DNA from: the human T2T-CHM13v2.0 reference genome, Homo sapiens
Direction: 5' to 3' (one strand)
DNA: 64,000 nucleotides
Assembly: GCF_009914755.1 (NCBI RefSeq)
Contig: NC_060932.1
In this document: piece by piece, positions 56,588 to 64,000 of the stretch
Layout of the letters: each line of letters starts with the position of its first letter
Position numbering within the stretch: position 1 is the stretch's first letter
The notes under the pieces: model-generated
What the model saw: only the letters and a program-made list of their open reading frames with translations
What the model was told of the DNA's origin: nothing
Database searches by the model: none
Position numbers and translations under genes: made by a program

Positions 56588-59453
56588 CACAATGTTGCAT
56601 TGATCCACAGAGAAAGAACATCTGTCTCCTCTCCCTAGCACTCCCTATATATTCTTCTATCTTTGTGTAAAACATTAGAGGCAAATCCCAATCTCACAGT
56701 TAGAAATATCTTCCCATATGATATACTATCCAGTGTCATCCAGAAGAATCTAAAAATTATGGAAATGCCGATGCCTAACATTCATTAAAAAAAAAGTATT
56801 AATCTCCTCCTAGAGGCCTGGCAATTGATCTTATTCCCTGCTTTATCTTTAGACCCTAACGTTGTGGTTTTGGGGGGTTGACAGTTCAGGAGAGAATCAG
56901 CATTCAATCAACACCTATTGACTATGAATGAATGAATCCTTGTAACGTAAGCTGCACTGAGTGTCAGGAGGGAAAGTGCAGGCTGTGCCCCAGGGGTGGG
57001 GCGTTAGGGTTCTGTGAATGCTCACAGGCAGGGCCCCTCTCAACAATCATCTCTCCTTCTGGTATTTTCTCCCAGCTGCAAATACAGCAAGTGTTAAGAG
57101 AAGAGGCAGGTTATAAATACGGTCAGTATTGTGGTGGCCTGATGAAGTAATGTGGAACTCACTGCTACCTAACTTTTCTTCTCGCTGAAGCCTAAATATC
57201 TCCACAAGTTCCCTGTATTTAGCAACTGAAGGATGTTCTGTAGGGTGGAAAAGGAGAGGCATGTCCCAGCTACCTGCGGACTAAAAACCAGTACCTGCCA
57301 CATGCTTTTGGAACCCTATACTTAGCTCCTATCCAGTGAGGGGGGTCATCTCACCTTCCATAACGTCTTCTCAGATGATTCCAGACGTCATTCCCCAACA
57401 AAGACAGTCGGCACCATGGAGCATGGAGCAGATTCATATGCCATCTTATGCTTCTCTCTGTTTTCTTCTGTGTAGCTTTGCCTCCCAAATAGACAGAAAC
57501 CCTTGAAGGGAGTAACTTTAATTTTTACCATCCATCTCCAAGACCTAACAAATACTTCATAACTACTTAAAAATATTTACAAATTAATTGGTTTCTATCA
57601 AAACAACTGCTCTTACAACTTATTTGAATACATACTATTAATATTCTAAACTGGCCACAATATATTTTGCCATCCCCCAAAAGCAAAGATTCCTGGAGTC
57701 GTCTCATAAGTACAACATGTTAACTCATCGCGTTAATAATTATCATACACTGCTGGGCAGATTGCACCAGATCCTGGAATGTCATCAATTAATACTGAGC
57801 ACTGAGTGTTATTAGTATGTGTTCTTGTTAATCAGGACTAGAATTCTCCCATCTGAGGCCAACCTGTGAGTATTTTCTCAAATTTCTCCCTGCCTTCCGT
57901 CCAAACTGGAAACACTGTATTTGAAGCACATTACAAACAATGCACAATGCTCACTAATCTTGCTTTTTTGTGAACAAATTCATGAAATTTAAAAGAATAC
58001 AATAATAACTTACTAAGTAAGCTTCAAGAGCTATATGCTGCATTAAAAAAAAAAAAACAAAAAAACAAAGTTACAGATTTACCACAGGCCACAGAAAACC
58101 CTCTCTAGGAAAACTTATGATGTTTCCTAGGGCATGTGATTCAATAGTAGTTAGGGATCCTGATTTGGGGTTTGTTTGTTATTTCTTTCTCTCAAAGCCC
58201 AAAACCTTCTGGCATCCAAACCTGGCAGAGCCGCCTATCCATTTAAAGCCTTCTATCAGATTACCAGGACCGTGTGATGTCTCCCATAAAGCTGGATAAC
58301 ATTTACGGCAGTTTGTATCCAGTACAAAGCTTCTCATAAATAAATAGGGCTAGAGGCATGTTTGGATGGCAGAGGGCAGCCTCCTGCCTCATTCTCACTG
58401 AAAGGTGGCCCTGGTTTAGTACAGATATGGTTTACTGGCAGAAAAAAAAATAAGAAGCAAAAATAAAAAACACTGTTATCATCTGGTTAAGTGGTGGGAT
58501 GTTCAGATGTTCAGACATGAAGCATGAAGCTCAAGGAAACATTTTTAGCTTAATCTTGAAGGCAAGTGATTGACTTTGTAGTGTTTCAAGGCATTTTCTC
58601 TTTTTTCTTATTCTTTTTGTATAGCAGAACAGTTTGTTTGCTTGGAATCGCTGAGACACAAAACATCTTGTCCAGAAGACAAAAAGAAGAGGATGAACGG
58701 AGATGAAAGGAAAGGAAAGCAGAAGAGATTTTCACAGGAAAGGGGAGGAATCCGAGGAGTACAGTCACTGTGAATCAATGAGAAGCAGGAAGGAAGAGAA
58801 GCTCCTTCTAGGAAGTTCATTTACAATTTTTTTTTTTTTTTGGATAAAGATATAGGGCAAGAAAGTGCCTCATGAAAGAGAAACTGATGAATTTCCAGAC
58901 CCTGGCCACAAAGTACAGCACAGCCAGGAGAGATGGCTCTCGGGGGACACGCCCTAGGGAAGTGGACATTCTGTGACAGTAGCCAGCTTCTGAAGAAGAG
59001 GCTCAGAGCAAATGTGCCACGAGGATTGTCTGGTAACACAAGGTGCACGCTTTCCAGTAAACCTTTCTATCGTAAAACCTGGGTTCTCCTTCTCTTCTCT
59101 CCCTTCTCCCCTTCTTCTTCTTCTCTTCTTCTTCTCTACTACTTTTCCTCGCTTCTCTGCTACTGAACTTGAAGCAAGCACTTACCTTTTATGATCTGAA
59201 ACTCAAAGAGAAGAGTAAGCTCAAAGGGTGACTTCTATTTCAGGGTTCAGCCTTCAAATTAACTTTATTAGAAAGATAAACAGGCAAGTGCAAGTTCTCA
59301 GTATGCCTTACTGCTAGTCATTTAAAGAAGGAGAACAAATTCTATCATTCTAAACTGTTTTCCTTGCTCTTTCTCCAAGAAAACTACATAAACAGAAATG
59401 TTTTCAAAGTCAGCCCTGAGTTCTGATAAATATATAATGAACACATAAAATGA

Positions 59454-59820
<367 letters not shown>

Positions 59821-59821
59821 C

Positions 59822-60088
59822 CATTTTTATTTATTTTTAAAAGACAGGATCTCAGTTTGTTGCCCAGGCTGGAGTGCAGTGGCACAATCATGGCTTACTG
59901 TAGCCTCAAACCCCTGGCTCATAGGATCCTCCTGCCTCAGCCTCCTGAGTAGCTGGGACTATGAGCCTGCACCACCTCACCCAGCTAGTTTTTGTTTTGT
60001 TTTGTTTTGGAGAGGAGGTCTATGTTGCCCAGGCCGATCTCAAACTCCTGGGCTCAAGCTAGGCCTTCCAAAGTGCTGGGATTACAGG
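59822..60088 (-). mobile_element. AluJ, truncated
   Basis: gcacaatcatggcttactgtagcctcaaacccctggctca; ends gggattacagg. Confidence 0.88.
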
Positions 60089-60858
60089 ACTTTTAAACAT
60101 GATTTCCAAAAGAAATGCACCTCTATACCATACTCAGGATATGCTTCATACATTCCATCCTTGGCATACAGCAAGTCTCTAAATTAGAGTTGAGATTTTG
60201 GAAACATAAATGGGAGAGTAATGTTGAACACTGCAGTGTAGCCAAAATTACAACCTATTTCTATCCCCTGGCAATTACTGTCCCATCATGGTAACTTTTT
60301 TATGGAAATCAAAGCAAAGGGAAAGCCTGATGTTAGCAGCATAATCTCTAAGTGCCTGCTGGATGTTGCTTCTATTATTCTCCTATTTTAATAGATAATT
60401 TATAGGCAAATCTCAGCAACAAAGCAGTCAGGGAGCGCCACAATCCAGCTCCAAACTCTTCCCCGCTTTCCCTCCTACTAAGTCCTCCCACTTCGTTCCT
60501 TCCTCCTTCCCCACTTCACTCATCCTCTCCATACACACACACACAATTTCTCACACACTCCCATTTTCACACACAAACACACACTCATACAAACACATAT
60601 TCTGTCATGCACACACTCCAGGCTACTCCATATTCCCTGATTCAACCATTCTCTTTCATTGCTACACACCTTAATTCAACTCTCTCACCAATCTACAATG
60701 CCACACCTCCCCCGCCCTCCTAACAGCCTGTCCAAAATCTTCAATGGCTAATTTAAGTATTGCTTCTTCGGTAGAGATGTCTCGGCTGCCTTTTCCCATG
60801 TGTCATTCTAATTGCTTTCACTTTACTTTTATACATTCATTCCCCTATGTGTGTACAC

Positions 60859-60860
<2 letters not shown>

Positions 60861-60890
<30 letters not shown>
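60861..60890. repeat. (TG)n microsatellite
   Basis: Perfect TG run. Confidence 0.95.
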
Positions 60891-60892
<2 letters not shown>

Positions 60893-61069
60893 CTATCACC
60901 ATCACTAGGCCCCTTAAAAATGGAACCATGCCATGTGCCACTTTGGATATCTTCAGTGCTGTGAGCACAGTATGGCATCAGTACCTACACCGGGTACTGT
61001 TGGAGGATATGAAAGAAATCGGCAGCACTTACAGTCAGTTAATTCATTTCAAGAGAAACATACTAATGT

Positions 61070-61240
61070 TACTAATAATAGTACCTTACATTGACAAGTA
61101 CTTTCACATAAGTTATTTCATTTAATGTGTCCAATAACCCTCTGCCCATCTTAAGATAGAAACGTGAGACTCAGAAATTTTTCAGTTTCTAGAATAATTG
61201 ACATCTAAGGTTCTGATTGACGAGACTGAACTAGAAATAC
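61070..61240 (-). mobile_element. MIR fragment
   Basis: tactttcacataagttatttcatttaat...aataaccct...cccatcttaagatagaaacgtgagactcaga. Confidence 0.6.
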
Positions 61241-61422
61241 AGAATGTAAATGTATGTTGAAGCTGGCAGGGATGAGCTGGTTCCCTCGGAAACTCTTGTC
61301 ATGGCTAAGACATGCATCCCCAACTGTTAATCCACCCTATGGTATCCTATACAGCTCCCTAAGAAGGGATGCTAAGCATGAGAGATGAAACGACAAAGCA
61401 CACATAAGAGATCACAGCTTGG

Positions 61423-61693
<271 letters not shown>

Positions 61694-62099
61694 TCACAGC
61701 TTGGATTCCTGGGCCTCCCATTCCACCTGCTGCCCACTCTGCCATACCTCCTGCTGCCCCAGAGCCCTCGCTTAACTTCACAGAAAACAAATTAGAAAAA
61801 AAAAAAAAAGACTTTTCCAGTTCATGCATGCAATAAAGCCAACATGTAATCACTATTTGCATGGATTTCAGTGAGGAAAGTAAAAGAGAGAACAGCTGAT
61901 GGAATTGCAGTAGAGTCTGAGGGACCCCTGTCAGGGTGTTGCAGTGGAGATTTCTGCACTTGGTTTGAGAATAAGGAAAACCTCTCACTCTCTTACTGTG
62001 TCCTAGGGAAGGGCCCTCACAAATGTCAGCACCTCTTCCATAGCTTACAGGCCTCCTATTTCATCACACCCTCTGACCCCAGTCATTCCATGCCTGGGA

Positions 62100-62530
62100 C
62101 TTGATTATGAAGAAGGAAATCCAAAATGCCAACAAAGATGCACATATACGCAGACATTGATTGTCTCCTTCATCACAGGAAAACTATAGATAGTAGAAAC
62201 GTCCATCCAATGAGAAGGGATTGGTTACATAAAATAAGACAAAACATCAGACAGTCATTGAAAATTACCTTTATAAAGCATGTTTAATGCCATGGTAGAA
62301 TTTATATTATACAATTTTAAAGTAAATTTTTAAAAATTTTAAAGTAAGAAATGCACTAGTATGTATAATGTATCCAACTATGTCAAAAATACAAATACTT
62401 AAAAAGATTGCAATGAAATATCAAAATATTTAGCACTTTGATTCTGTGCAATGGTATTATTGTTTTTATTTCTATGTTTTTTCTACTTTCTAAATGAGTT
62501 TTTGCCACTCTGATAATTAGAAAAGGCAGT
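62100..62530 (+). mobile_element. Old L1ME-type 3' fragment
   Basis: aaagatgcacat...aaacgtccatc...gggattggttacataaaat...aatgaaatatcaaaatattt. Confidence 0.5.
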
Positions 62531-64000
62531 CTTGTTTTTTTTTCTTAAAAAAAAAAAAGAATGCAATCAATTGAGAAAAACTGGGGAGACAAATTTTGGT
62601 TCTTTATAAAAAAAGCTAATGTCAAAACAAAATTGTTAGTTTTATAAAGCAATGTTACTCTTGATGTCTTACGCAACCCAAGCCATCTCTTCCTAAATTT
62701 GTGAATAGATATTTTTGTTCATTTTTGAATATTATCTTTCCTTTTATTTTAAAAGGGGAGAGTTCTCCTTATAAGCCTGCTAACTCTAGAGACGTCAAAG
62801 CATTGCCTTAGTGGAGTTTGTGTCAGGGCCATGTCAAATGTGCCAGTCAAAGCAACCACCCTACTACACTGATCAATTTGAAGACCAGAAAACAGTCACA
62901 CTATCCTAAGATCATAACACATTTTCTTACCATCCTGTAGGTCTTCTGTTCCTCAAATCCACGAAAAGCTATCAGAGATAAATGCTCTAATAATCCAACT
63001 AGTATAATTAAAATAACACTTTCTAAACGGGCTTTCTAAACGGAAGCACTTTGCAAAACACATTCAGCTTTTTATAAAAACAAAAGAAAAAAGCCTGTCA
63101 CTGTCATTCCATGAGAAGTTAGAATACTAAATTTACAGATAATTTCTTCCTTCCTTCCTTTCCTTTCCTCTTTCTCTCTCTTAGCTTTTTTCTTTCCTCT
63201 TTTCTTCATCCATCTATCCCTCCTTTCCTTCCTTTTGGTTTTTTGTCTTCTGTCTCCAAACTGAGAAAGTCCAGAGATTTTAAAATGTCAACTGATAATA
63301 GATATAATGAAAAATTATCATCTCTAAATCTCTTGGCCAAGTTATCTTCAGCCTCTTTTATCTTTTCTTCTCTGTCTTGGAGAGTTCAAGTGACATTTTT
63401 GATGGAATCTTTGTTTTGGCAAAAGGATTTCAAAAAGAGTCACTGTCACTATTACCAATATGTTTGTTCCACTAGAGTGTCCCCCTAGGTTTAGGGTTAA
63501 ACCAAACTCAAAATCATCATTGTCAATAGCCAAGGCAATGTGAGATCATACTTCTCTTGAACTGTTTGTCTCTGCTTGACTTTGGGTTTCCTTCCCTAAG
63601 AGACAGTGCTGTTTTTTATAGGTCAGGCTTATTTTGTGGAGAAGATTGCTTCTTCACAAAATAGAAATTTCATTTTCATTATCTTCATTATTCCACCACT
63701 GTTGAAGGATATACAAAATGCTGACTTTCCTCAGGGCTAGTGTTAGAAAAGGCACAAAAAGTGTACGTTCATAACAGTTACCATGACCCAAGCAGACGAA
63801 TAATTACACTGACTTGCCTGCCAGGAATGTCTGGATAGATCCTTTGACAGCCTAAGATATTTTGCAAAATGTTTTTTTAAAAGAAAAGAACTGGTTTGTG
63901 AACACAGGTAACTTATAAAGTTTTAAGTAAAAGTGACACGATCAGTGACTAAACATAACTTCCTGTTTTGAGTTCATTTAACCAACACTGACGTTTGTCC

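Noticed and set aside
63140-63533. Lys/Glu-rich minus-strand coding segment
   Set aside because: In-frame stops, and it runs into a low-complexity CT tract.

Overview
Primate (human-like) non-coding genomic DNA, rich in interspersed repeats: about 17 Alu elements or fragments (J, S and Y types, several with clear target-site duplications), L1 fragments of several ages, L2, MIR, MaLR/ERVL LTRs, Tigger and hAT DNA transposons, and microsatellites. No intact protein-coding gene, tRNA, rRNA or CRISPR array is supported, and most track ORFs are repeat-derived or chance frames. The main non-repeat signal is a heavily decayed, intronless minus-strand relic (about 4188 down to 2445). Its frameshifted translation gives, in order, a signal-like peptide, a partial SRCR domain, a kringle, a second SRCR and a trypsin-type protease, then AATAAA: a neurotrypsin (PRSS12)-like pseudogene with an unusual domain layout. 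Also present: candidate minus-strand exons and promoter-like motif clusters, a composite Alu inside one TSD whose empty site survives in a nearby duplicate, and several nested insertions. Repeat subfamily names come from recalled consensus sequences and boundaries are approximate; no database search was run.
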